Virus record (IMG/VR): IMGVR_UViG_3300028797_000139
Location: 27,055 to 91,054 of that record
Length of the DNA: 64,000 nt
Reading direction: 5' to 3' (one strand)
Source: a virus
Taxonomy: Duplodnaviria; Caudoviricetes
The notes under the pieces were generated by a model, which saw only the letters and a program-made list of their open reading frames with translations, did no database searches and was not told the origin of the DNA. Below, piece by piece: positions 16,791 through 25,301 of the stretch (position 1 is its first letter; each line of letters starts with the position of its first letter). The position numbers and the translations under genes were made by a program.

Positions 16791-17717
16791 ATGTCGGCTA
16801 ATGTTGAAACTATGATGAGTGTGCGCGAAGTTCCTTGGCATGGACTCGGAGAAATTGTTCAAGAAGCACCCACAAGTAAGGATGCGCTTGAACTGGCTGG
16901 GCTTAACTGGAATGTAAACAGTAATCCCATTTATGATGTTAATGGTAACGAAATTAAGGGGTTCAAGGCTAACACAAGAGATAGCGATGGTAGTGTTCTT
17001 GGCGTTGTTACCAATCGTTATAAAATTGTACAGAACTTTGAAGCCTTTGATTTTACAGATGCCCTTCTTGGCGAGGGCGTAACTTATGAGACAGCAGGAA
17101 GTCTGAAAAATGGAAAGGTAATTTGGCTTCTTGCCAAGATGCCTGAAAGAAAGATTCTTGGCGATAAATTTGACCCCTATATTTGTTTCACAAATAGTCA
17201 TGATGGCACGGGTGCTATTCGTGTTATTTCTACACCTATTCGTGTAGTGTGTAATAACACGCTTAACCTTGCGCTCAATACTGCCAATCGTAGCTGGTCT
17301 ACGAAGCACATGGGCGACATGAATAGTAAACTTCAGGAGGCAAAGCACACACTTCAGCTTGCTAATGATTATCTTGACTGTCTTTCTGAAAGTGCTGAAA
17401 AGCTTGCTGAAGCTAAGTTTATGCCTGAAGATGTGAACATGGTTCTTGACGAAATGTTTCCTAAGAACGATGAAATGTCAGAACGCAAGAAGAATAATAT
17501 TGATACAGTAAAAAGTGGCATTATTGCTTGTATGCTTGCACCTGACCTTGTTCAGTTTATGAATACTAAGTGGGGTTTTCTGAACGCAGTTAGCGACTAT
17601 ATTACCCATGCCAATCCTGCAAGACTAACAGATAGTTACGCAGAAAATAATTGGGGTAGAATCATGAATGGTCATCCTATTATGGATAGAGCTATGGCGT
17701 TGGTTAGTGCGAAGTAA
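16791..17717 (+). CDS. DUF932-family phage/plasmid protein
   Basis: MSANVETM..VREVPWHGLG, ETAGSL, NSHDG, TPIRVVCNNTL. Confidence 0.9.
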   Translation: MSANVETMMSVREVPWHGLGEIVQEAPTSKDALELAGLNWNVNSNPIYDVNGNEIKGFKANTRDSDGSVLGVVTNRYKIVQNFEAFDFTDALLGEGVTYETAGSLKNGKVIWLLAKMPERKILGDKFDPYICFTNSHDGTGAIRVISTPIRVVCNNTLNLALNTANRSWSTKHMGDMNSKLQEAKHTLQLANDYLDCLSESAEKLAEAKFMPEDVNMVLDEMFPKNDEMSERKKNNIDTVKSGIIACMLAPDLVQFMNTKWGFLNAVSDYITHANPARLTDSYAENNWGRIMNGHPIMDRAMALVSAK

Positions 17718-17726
17718 ATAAAATAC

Positions 17727-17775
17727 TTGACAAAACCACCTTTCTGTGTTATAATAAGCACGAAAGGTGGTTTTG
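17727..17775 (+). promoter_or_regulatory. promoter with anti-SD spacer (module copy 2)
   Basis: TTGACA-17-TATAAT; CAAAACCACCTTTC pairs with GAAAGGTGGTTTTG. Confidence 0.8.
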
Positions 17776-17825
17776 CTATATGGCAAAGATTATTCAATAC
17801 GAAGCAGAAAAAGGGGTGTTAATTA

Positions 17826-18191
17826 ATGAGTGAAATAAATTATAATTTGAAAACCAATATTCCACAATATATACCTAAAGATAATCCACCAGAATTAAAG
17901 GAATGTTTTAATATTGCTAAATATAAAGAATTAAAAGAAAAAATTATTAATTCCAATGTTACAGATGTAGAGAAAAAATTCTTATTGTGGGCGGCTCATC
18001 GTCACGTTGTCTTTAATTATTCTAAAATAGCTGATTATTATGCTTCTGCGTCTAAAGAAATGCAAGAACTTATGGAAGATTCAGCCTTGGTAATTATTGA
18101 TTTTGATGACGCTATTGCCAAAGGATATGTAAAATTAAACAAAAGAATTAATAGCATCTTAGAGAAGAGATTAGAGGAAAATGAGAACTGA
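17826..18191 (+). CDS. small protein associated with the glycosyltransferase genes
   Basis: RHVVFNYSKIADYYA...SALVIIDFDDAI; overlaps the start of the GT gene. Confidence 0.65.
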   Translation: MSEINYNLKTNIPQYIPKDNPPELKECFNIAKYKELKEKIINSNVTDVEKKFLLWAAHRHVVFNYSKIADYYASASKEMQELMEDSALVIIDFDDAIAKGYVKLNKRINSILEKRLEENEN

Positions 18192-19026
18192 TTTTGCTAT
18201 TTTTATTATGTCTTATAATAGACCTAATAATATTGCTACATTACGCACTTTAACTAAGGCCAATTATACTGGTCTTTATTATATTATTGTTAGTGATGAT
18301 GACCCTCAAATAGACGCATATAAATCATTATATAAAGATAAATTATATATTTTTAATAAAGAAGAAATAGAAAAATCTTTAGATACTTATGATAATAATG
18401 GCAGTAGGGCGTGTATTTTATATGCAAGAAATTATTGTTTTACATTGGCTCAAAAATTAAAGCTAAAATATTTTTTAGAATTTGATGATGACTATATTGA
18501 ATTAGCCTACAGATACCCACAGGATAACAAATTAAAAATCTGCAATATAAAAGAATTTGATACAATCGTTGATATTTTTATAGATTTCTTAAATGATACC
18601 AACGCTACATCTGTTGCCTTTGCCCAACATGGAGATTTTATTGGGGGTGTACAAAATGATTTTATTCAAACAAGAATTAAAAGGAAAGCTATGAATAGCT
18701 TTTTTTGCAAAACATCAAATAATTTTCAGTTTTATGGAAGAATGAACGATGATGTAAATACTTATATTGGATTGGGCAAAATTGGTAAATTATTTCTAAC
18801 TGTGTGTGATGTTTCCCTAAAACAAAAACATACCCAACAAACAAAAGGTGGCATGAGTGAATTTTATAATGAAAGTGGCACTTATTCCAAATCTTTCTAT
18901 ACAATTTTGGCTAATCCCGATTGTGTTTCTATTGGAACTATAAATAATCAACATATAAGAATACATCATAGAATAAATTGGAATAACGCTGTTCCAAAAA
19001 TTATTAGTGGGAATTATAAGAAATGA
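18181..19026 (+). CDS. TET-associated/GREB1-like GT-A glycosyltransferase (putative DNA base modifier)
   Basis: IMSYNR, YARN, FDDD metal motif, GDFIGG, GRMNDDV, GGM, IHHRINW..AVPKI. Confidence 0.75.
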   Translation: MRTDFAIFIMSYNRPNNIATLRTLTKANYTGLYYIIVSDDDPQIDAYKSLYKDKLYIFNKEEIEKSLDTYDNNGSRACILYARNYCFTLAQKLKLKYFLEFDDDYIELAYRYPQDNKLKICNIKEFDTIVDIFIDFLNDTNATSVAFAQHGDFIGGVQNDFIQTRIKRKAMNSFFCKTSNNFQFYGRMNDDVNTYIGLGKIGKLFLTVCDVSLKQKHTQQTKGGMSEFYNESGTYSKSFYTILANPDCVSIGTINNQHIRIHHRINWNNAVPKIISGNYKK

Positions 19027-19889
19027 GTAATTTTGCAATTTTTATTATTACACATGAACGAGCAAATAATTTATTAACTTTAGATACGTTAAAAAAATGT
19101 AATTATCATGGAAAAATTTATTTAATCATAGACAACGAAGATAAAGATATGGAAATATATAAATTATATACAAATAAACAAATATCCTTATCAATATTTA
19201 ATAAAAAAGAAATTGCGTTAAGAGCAGATACTTCTCTTGAAACCAAGGATAATTTATCTATTTCTTGTTGTTTATTTCCAAGAATATATTGTGAATTATT
19301 TGCAAAGAAATTAAACCTTAAAAATTTTTTAGTATTGGATGATGATATTAAAAATTTTTATCATCGAGTAAATATTGATAACAAATTAAAAGAAATTAAA
19401 ATCAATGATTTTGATTTAGTTTGTCAAGAATTTTGTAATTATTTAAATGAAGCCAACATTGCGATATTGGGCTTTGGCAATACTGGTTCTTATTTAGGTG
19501 GTATACATAGTTTTGATACTGACTGTAGAAGAAAATGCGCTAATGCGTTTTTTCGTAATACTAATATTAATTTCGATTGGAAGTGTTGTGTGTTAGAAGA
19601 TGTTGTGTCTTGTATTCATAATGGAAGTTTGGGGTCTATTGTTTTAGAATTAAAATGTATTAAACTTGAGGCTTTTGCATATCATAATAGTAAAAACAAT
19701 AATAATTTTGGTGGTATGAATAATTTATATAACAAATTATCAGATTATCATGCTTTATATTCTATTATATATAATCCAATAGCCTTTACAATAATACAAA
19801 ATAAACATAATAAATTTATTCTTAGAACAGAATATAATAAAATTTTACCTAAAATTATAAGTAGTAAATATAAAAGGATTGAGATATGA
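19023..19889 (+). CDS. second, divergent TAGT-like glycosyltransferase
   Basis: FAIFIITHER, LDDD, LEDV, GGM, LPKIISS; clear paralogue of the preceding gene. Confidence 0.7.
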   Translation: MSNFAIFIITHERANNLLTLDTLKKCNYHGKIYLIIDNEDKDMEIYKLYTNKQISLSIFNKKEIALRADTSLETKDNLSISCCLFPRIYCELFAKKLNLKNFLVLDDDIKNFYHRVNIDNKLKEIKINDFDLVCQEFCNYLNEANIAILGFGNTGSYLGGIHSFDTDCRRKCANAFFRNTNINFDWKCCVLEDVVSCIHNGSLGSIVLELKCIKLEAFAYHNSKNNNNFGGMNNLYNKLSDYHALYSIIYNPIAFTIIQNKHNKFILRTEYNKILPKIISSKYKRIEI

Positions 19890-20836
19890 GTACAAATATT
19901 TCTGAAGGAAAAATATTTAATTATTTAGATAGAGTTTTTGGCGAACAAAATCCTATTGTGGCAGATATTTTTTTAACCAATTATTGTAATAATCACTGTC
20001 ATTATTGTACCTATAAAAGATGGGACTTAAATTCTAATAGTCATTATATGAATTTTGATAATTTGGTTAAATATGTAAAACGCTTACAAGAATTAAAAAT
20101 TGTAGGATTTATTTTAACTGGTGGAGGAGAGCCTACTGTAAATCCAGATTTTGATAAAATAGCTAATTATTTAACTCAAAATAATTTGCATTGGGGTATT
20201 AATACTAATTTTAATGTATTAAAATTAATTTCTCCTGACTATTTGAAAATTTCGCTTGATGGATACAATGAGCAAACATACCAAAATAATCGTGGAGTAA
20301 ATCAATATAACAAAGTAATTAATAATATTAATAGTTATATAGAATGGAAAAATAACAATCATATTAAAACTGCCATAGGGATTCAAATGATTGCTATGAA
20401 TCCTAAAGATGTATTAGAATTTTATAATGCTCATAAACATTTAAAAGTAGATTATATGTCTATTAGACCCGTAGAATCTACCAATGGAGAATATTATAAA
20501 AATCAAAATTTTAATAATATTTTAGATACAATTAATACTTTGAACAATAAAGATAAAAGAATCTTTGCCAATTTCAAATGGAATTTAATTGGCGCTCAAG
20601 AAAATTCTTGCGTTGCGAACTGGTCGCAAATAGCTATTAATGAATATGGCGAGGTAATGTATTGTTGCCACAAACCTTATGAAATAATAGGAAATGTTAT
20701 GGACAATAATATATTAGAGAAAAAGAAACAACACATTACCAATATGCAAATGTGCGACATCCCTTGCAGATTAACCGCCCCCAATAGAGAAGTTAAAAAT
20801 TTATTAGAGCCAAAAAAGAATATATATTTTATATAA
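19886..20836 (+). CDS. radical SAM protein with SPASM/twitch domain
   Basis: CNNHCHYC, LTGGGEP, NTN, C-terminal C...GEVMYCC. Confidence 0.9.
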   Translation: MSTNISEGKIFNYLDRVFGEQNPIVADIFLTNYCNNHCHYCTYKRWDLNSNSHYMNFDNLVKYVKRLQELKIVGFILTGGGEPTVNPDFDKIANYLTQNNLHWGINTNFNVLKLISPDYLKISLDGYNEQTYQNNRGVNQYNKVINNINSYIEWKNNNHIKTAIGIQMIAMNPKDVLEFYNAHKHLKVDYMSIRPVESTNGEYYKNQNFNNILDTINTLNNKDKRIFANFKWNLIGAQENSCVANWSQIAINEYGEVMYCCHKPYEIIGNVMDNNILEKKKQHITNMQMCDIPCRLTAPNREVKNLLEPKKNIYFI

Positions 20837-20845
20837 TTAATATAC

Positions 20846-20890
20846 TTGACAATTCCTCCTTTATATGGTATAATCACTATATAAAGGAGG
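20846..20890 (+). promoter_or_regulatory. promoter with anti-SD spacer (module copy 3)
   Basis: TTGACA-17-TATAAT; CCTCCTTTATAT pairs with ATATAAAGGAGG. Confidence 0.8.
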
Positions 20891-20897
20891 TTTTATT

Positions 20898-21338
20898 TTG
20901 GATAAAAAATGGATGATGGAAACATTTCCCAATTACACAGAAGCTATGTATTGTGGTGATGAGCCAAGTTACTACAAAGCTGGAATTGGTGGCAAAATAG
21001 CCCATTATCAATCATATTATGGCAGTGGCGATTTTGATTGGAATGGTGAAATTGTCAATGCAGAAGTGAGTTTGTTAGATAATAATAACACTATTTATAT
21101 CGTTGGTAATAATATTGAATTAATGCACATTCCCTATGATGGTGTACCCCATTATTGGAAATGGACAACCAAACAAAGTTTTCTGGAACACGGCAAAAAA
21201 TGTTTGCCTAATTATCCTAAAGATTATATACAAAGATTATTCAAGAAGAAGCGCGATATGGATGGTAGTTTTTTATTTGAAAAAGTAAAAGAAAAATTTT
21301 TGAAAGTATTTGTTGAAATTGAGGGTGAATTTTATTAA
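20898..21338 (+). CDS. hypothetical protein
   Basis: ORF with its own promoter and SD. Confidence 0.7.
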   Translation: MDKKWMMETFPNYTEAMYCGDEPSYYKAGIGGKIAHYQSYYGSGDFDWNGEIVNAEVSLLDNNNTIYIVGNNIELMHIPYDGVPHYWKWTTKQSFLEHGKKCLPNYPKDYIQRLFKKKRDMDGSFLFEKVKEKFLKVFVEIEGEFY

Positions 21339-21348
21339 ATAAAATAAC

Positions 21349-21398
21349 TTGACAAATCTCCTTTTGTATGGTATAATAAAGTATCATATGAAAGGAGA
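21349..21398 (+). promoter_or_regulatory. promoter with anti-SD spacer (module copy 4)
   Basis: TTGACA-17-TATAAT; TCTCCTTTTGTATG pairs with CATATGAAAGGAGA. Confidence 0.8.
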
Positions 21399-21405
21399 AT
21401 TTATT

Positions 21406-22197
21406 ATGATAAAAATATTTAATGAAAAATGCGAAGAAACCATAAGGAAAATGGTAAAATTCAATAAAAAAGTAGATGTTATTTTAACCTCTCCTCCTTA
21501 TAATACTGGCAGACCTTTTAATTCAGAAAGAAGCAGAAATAATAATGAAAGTAGATATGATATTCATATTGATAATCTTTCCGCTAAAGAATATAGAAAT
21601 TGGTGGGTAGATTTGTTTAATTCTTTTGACAACATACTTTCTTCAAACGGTGTAATTCTTTGGCAAGTATCTTATGGTAATGACGCTTCTATGAATACAG
21701 AGAGTATTGGTTTAACTTGGGGGGGGCTGAGTGATATAATTGATTATACATCATTTACGATTGCTGATAGAATTGTATGGAAAAAGAAAAACGCCCTACC
21801 AAATAATGTAAGTTCTAATAAACTAACACGAATTACAGAAGATATTTATGTTTTTTGTCGTAAATCAGAAATTAAAACATTTAATGCAAATAAACCCATT
21901 AGCAAAGTAGGTAGAAATGGTCAAACTTTTTATAAAAATATTTTTAATTATATTGAAGCCCCAAATAATGATGGAAAATGCAATTTAAACAAAGCTACTT
22001 ATAGTAGCAGTTTGTGTGAACAATTACTCAATATATACGCTAAAGAAAAAGCCACTATTTATGACCCTTTTATGGGGACTGGTACAACGGCTGTTGCTTG
22101 CAAAAGAATGGGATTAAATTGTTTTGGTAGCGAAATTAGCGAAGCACAATGTAATTATGCCAAAGAACGACTAAATAAAACTGTGTTTAACAATTAA
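21406..22197 (+). CDS. beta-class N4-C/N6-A DNA methyltransferase
   Basis: TSPPY precedes DPFMGTGTT. Confidence 0.9.
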   Translation: MIKIFNEKCEETIRKMVKFNKKVDVILTSPPYNTGRPFNSERSRNNNESRYDIHIDNLSAKEYRNWWVDLFNSFDNILSSNGVILWQVSYGNDASMNTESIGLTWGGLSDIIDYTSFTIADRIVWKKKNALPNNVSSNKLTRITEDIYVFCRKSEIKTFNANKPISKVGRNGQTFYKNIFNYIEAPNNDGKCNLNKATYSSSLCEQLLNIYAKEKATIYDPFMGTGTTAVACKRMGLNCFGSEISEAQCNYAKERLNKTVFNN

Positions 22198-22200
22198 TAG

Positions 22201-22253
22201 TTGACAAATCTCCTTTCCTATGGCATAATAAAGTATCATTAGAAAGGAGATTT
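22201..22253 (+). promoter_or_regulatory. promoter with anti-SD spacer (module copy 5)
   Basis: TTGACA-17-CATAAT; AAATCTCCTTTC pairs with GAAAGGAGATTT. Confidence 0.75.
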
Positions 22254-22257
22254 TGTT

Positions 22258-22428
22258 ATGGACAGATGTAGGACTTGTCTTAATAGTCGTGGTATTATAT
22301 CAGAAAATGGTTGGCATTGTGTTTGTTGTTTATCAGATAAAAAAGCTATTGATTGCATTACAAATAAAAAAGATTATTATATTACAATTAAAAGTGGAGG
22401 AATAAATGAATATAACAACAAAACTTGA
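22258..22428 (+). CDS. 56-aa Cys-rich protein (not in ORF track)
   Basis: SD plus ATG; MDRCRTC...HCVCC...DC. Confidence 0.6.
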   Translation: MDRCRTCLNSRGIISENGWHCVCCLSDKKAIDCITNKKDYYITIKSGGINEYNNKT

Positions 22429-24037
22429 CCACTTATCTTCTAATTTTATTACTCAATATCTTACAGCTTTAGGGGTAAAAGATGTAAACCAATATTTATA
22501 TCCAAACGAACAATGCTTTGAAAATATTTGGAATTATACTAATATAGGTTTGGCTTGTGAAACATTAAAAAATCATGTTAATAATCAATCTAAAATAGGT
22601 ATTATTTGTGATTCAGACCAAGATGGTTGCTGTTCTGCATCATTAATATATAATTTTTTAATTCGCCTTAAAGTAAACAAGGACAATATTACAGTGTTCT
22701 TTCATTCTGGAAAGCAACATGGAATAAGTGATTTAATAGAAGACATCATTAACAGTGACATTAATCTTCTTCTTGTCCCTGACGCTGGCACTAATGACGT
22801 TAAAGAATGTAAATTATTGCAAAATAATAGTATAGATATTATTATTACAGACCATCATGCTATATTAGAATATAATCCTTATGCTATAGTGGTCAATAAT
22901 CAGCATGAAGGTATAAATAACAAATATCTTTCCGGCACAGGCGTAGCAGACAAATTTGTTAGGGCCTATTGCGAAATATTTAATATTCCCTATCCTCACT
23001 ATGAAGATTTAGTGGCAGTTAGTCTTGTGTCAGATGTTTGTGATTTATCTAATATCGAAAATCGTGCTTATATTTATTTTGGATTAAATCATATTACCAA
23101 CCCCTTTGTAGATTTTCTTTTCAAAAAATTATGTAAAAAGAGGGGATATACGCCAGAAGCTATAGGATGGGATATTGGGCCTTTGGGAAACGCCCTTGCA
23201 AGAAGCAATGAACAAGAAAGCAAGTCTGTATTTTTTGATGGATTAATTGGTCAAATTAAACCTGATAAAGCCCTTAAAGAATTACGCCGAATAAAGCGTT
23301 TACAAGATGAAAAAGTCAAAGATATTGTGGGAGAAATTGAGCCTATTTTGGATTTTTCTACAAAGGTAATACTTGGATATACCCAAGCAGAAAACGCCAA
23401 TTTTACGGGCTTAATTGCCAATAAAATCTTAGGAAAATATGGCAAACCTGTAATACTGTTAAGGGACACTGGCTATGGGTCATTGTCTGGAAGTTTACGA
23501 AGTCCTGTACCTTTACTTACAGAAATTAATGATAGTGGTTTGGCAAAAGCGCAAGGCCATGAAGAAGCTTGCGGTGTATTTGTAAAACAAGATAATATCA
23601 TACAATTTCAAGAATGGCTTGAAACACTTAATTTATCTAATACACCAAATGTAGAAGTAACTTGTGCCATTAATCCTGAAGATATTACTTTGGAACTTTG
23701 TGCAGAAATAGAAAAACAAAAGGAACTTTGGGGGCATGGATGTCCTGAACCCACTTTTTATATTAAAACCGTATTGACGCAAGACGATATTTTTGTTTTT
23801 GAAAAAAGTTTTAAGACCTTAAAATTAGAAATTAACGGTATAGATTGCATTAAATTTTTTGCTACTAATGAAGACATAAATAGTTTTAGAAAATACGATA
23901 AATTTGAACTTGAATTAGTTGTAAAAAATTTAACTATAAATGAATGGGAAGGAATTCAAACACCACAATGTATTATTGATAAATATGAAATTCATTTAAT
24001 AAATGAAACTAATGAAAGTTGGGAAGACTGTTTTTAA
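22406..24037 (+). CDS. recJ: ssDNA exonuclease, DHH family
   Basis: DSDQDG, HG, PDAG, TDHH, SGTGV, GSLRS, GHEEACG. Confidence 0.9.
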   Translation: MNITTKLDHLSSNFITQYLTALGVKDVNQYLYPNEQCFENIWNYTNIGLACETLKNHVNNQSKIGIICDSDQDGCCSASLIYNFLIRLKVNKDNITVFFHSGKQHGISDLIEDIINSDINLLLVPDAGTNDVKECKLLQNNSIDIIITDHHAILEYNPYAIVVNNQHEGINNKYLSGTGVADKFVRAYCEIFNIPYPHYEDLVAVSLVSDVCDLSNIENRAYIYFGLNHITNPFVDFLFKKLCKKRGYTPEAIGWDIGPLGNALARSNEQESKSVFFDGLIGQIKPDKALKELRRIKRLQDEKVKDIVGEIEPILDFSTKVILGYTQAENANFTGLIANKILGKYGKPVILLRDTGYGSLSGSLRSPVPLLTEINDSGLAKAQGHEEACGVFVKQDNIIQFQEWLETLNLSNTPNVEVTCAINPEDITLELCAEIEKQKELWGHGCPEPTFYIKTVLTQDDIFVFEKSFKTLKLEINGIDCIKFFATNEDINSFRKYDKFELELVVKNLTINEWEGIQTPQCIIDKYEIHLINETNESWEDCF

Positions 24038-24044
24038 TTAATAC

Positions 24045-24098
24045 TTGACAAATCTCTTTTCTTATGGTATAATAAACATACTTTAAGAAAGGAGATTT
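24045..24098 (+). promoter_or_regulatory. promoter with anti-SD spacer (module copy 6)
   Basis: TTGACA-17-TATAAT; AAATCTCTTTTCTTA pairs with TAAGAAAGGAGATTT. Confidence 0.8.
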
Positions 24099-24104
24099 TG
24101 TTTT

Positions 24105-24302
24105 ATGAATCAGTTTAGCAAGTGTAGATATTGCACACGTTATAATATGGAAGATGGCTGTTATTATAGAAATTTTTACGCCTATGGCTGTAATAACCAT
24201 GAAGACTATAAGCCTGACCCATATCGTGTTTTGGACAAGGCAAAAGAATTGAATATTAGTGTCGTTGATTTGTTGGCACTCATTGAAATGGAGGATTATT
24301 AA
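24105..24302 (+). CDS. small Cys-containing protein
   Basis: ORF with SD. Confidence 0.65.
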   Translation: MNQFSKCRYCTRYNMEDGCYYRNFYAYGCNNHEDYKPDPYRVLDKAKELNISVVDLLALIEMEDY

Positions 24303-25270
24303 TGGGTGTTTATATCAAAGGTTTAGAAATGCCTAAAAAAAGAGAAGAATATGAATTTGTAGATAAAATGGGTAAAAGGGTTTATAGAAAAAGTTTTGTA
24401 AAAAATAATGGTAATTATAATAAATATAATGGTTATTGTTATTATCGTTATCGTGGCTTTGATGGAACAGGTATAAAAATATTGGTTCATAGATTGGTTG
24501 CTTTATATTTCATAGAAAATCCCAACCCCAAAATTTATACCCAAATAAATCATATAGATGGAAATAAAACAAATAATAAAGCCAATAATTTAGAATGGTG
24601 TAATGAAAAGTTAAATATGGAACACGCAAGCAAACACGGCTTAATAAATTGTGATTCTGAAAAACGAAAAATGCAATCAAAAGAAAATATTAAAAAAGCA
24701 CAAGAAAAGATAACAAAGTTTTATGCAAAATATGATAAGAATGGAAATTTAATTGAAATTGTAAAAGGTGTAAAACATTCTGATGATTGCATATCTATAA
24801 GAAGATTAACCTATAAAGAATATACTTATAGAAGTTGTGAAATATTAATCGAAAAATATGGAGAAGTACCTAATAAAATTGACGCTTATAAAAGTTTTGA
24901 AGTAGCTTGTAAATCAAGAAAAAAATATATTGAATATACAGCAGATGGTAAAATTAAGGAATATTTTAAAATAAAAGACCTGCCCATAAGTAGAGATAGC
25001 CTATGGTTTGCTTTTAATCATGATATTCCTGATATAATAAATGGTTCAAAATGGGATATAATAAAAATAGATTTTCCTATACCCTCAACAAGAAAATATA
25101 AAACTCAATCTATTTCTGCTTTAGATGATGAAGGAAATGTTAAATTCGTTTTTTCCTCAGTAAAAGAAGCGTTACAATTTTTAAATGTCAAAGGGGCAAA
25201 TAGTTTTTACAATAGTATTAAATTACATAAAAAATACAAAGGATATTATTGGGTAAAAAATGATACATAA
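24302..25270 (+). CDS. free-standing HNH endonuclease with NUMOD1-like tail
   Basis: VHRLVALYF, INHIDGNKTNNKANNLEWC, KYKGYYW. Confidence 0.85.
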   Translation: MGVYIKGLEMPKKREEYEFVDKMGKRVYRKSFVKNNGNYNKYNGYCYYRYRGFDGTGIKILVHRLVALYFIENPNPKIYTQINHIDGNKTNNKANNLEWCNEKLNMEHASKHGLINCDSEKRKMQSKENIKKAQEKITKFYAKYDKNGNLIEIVKGVKHSDDCISIRRLTYKEYTYRSCEILIEKYGEVPNKIDAYKSFEVACKSRKKYIEYTADGKIKEYFKIKDLPISRDSLWFAFNHDIPDIINGSKWDIIKIDFPIPSTRKYKTQSISALDDEGNVKFVFSSVKEALQFLNVKGANSFYNSIKLHKKYKGYYWVKNDT

Positions 25271-25301
25271 ACACAATCATGGAAAGAATATGGTATAAAA
25301 G

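Noticed and set aside
5991-21405. Track start codons at 5991, 10229 and 21349
   Set aside because: The extensions run through promoter sequence (5991 and 21349 are the TTG of TTGACA); SD-supported starts are 6051, 10391 and 21406
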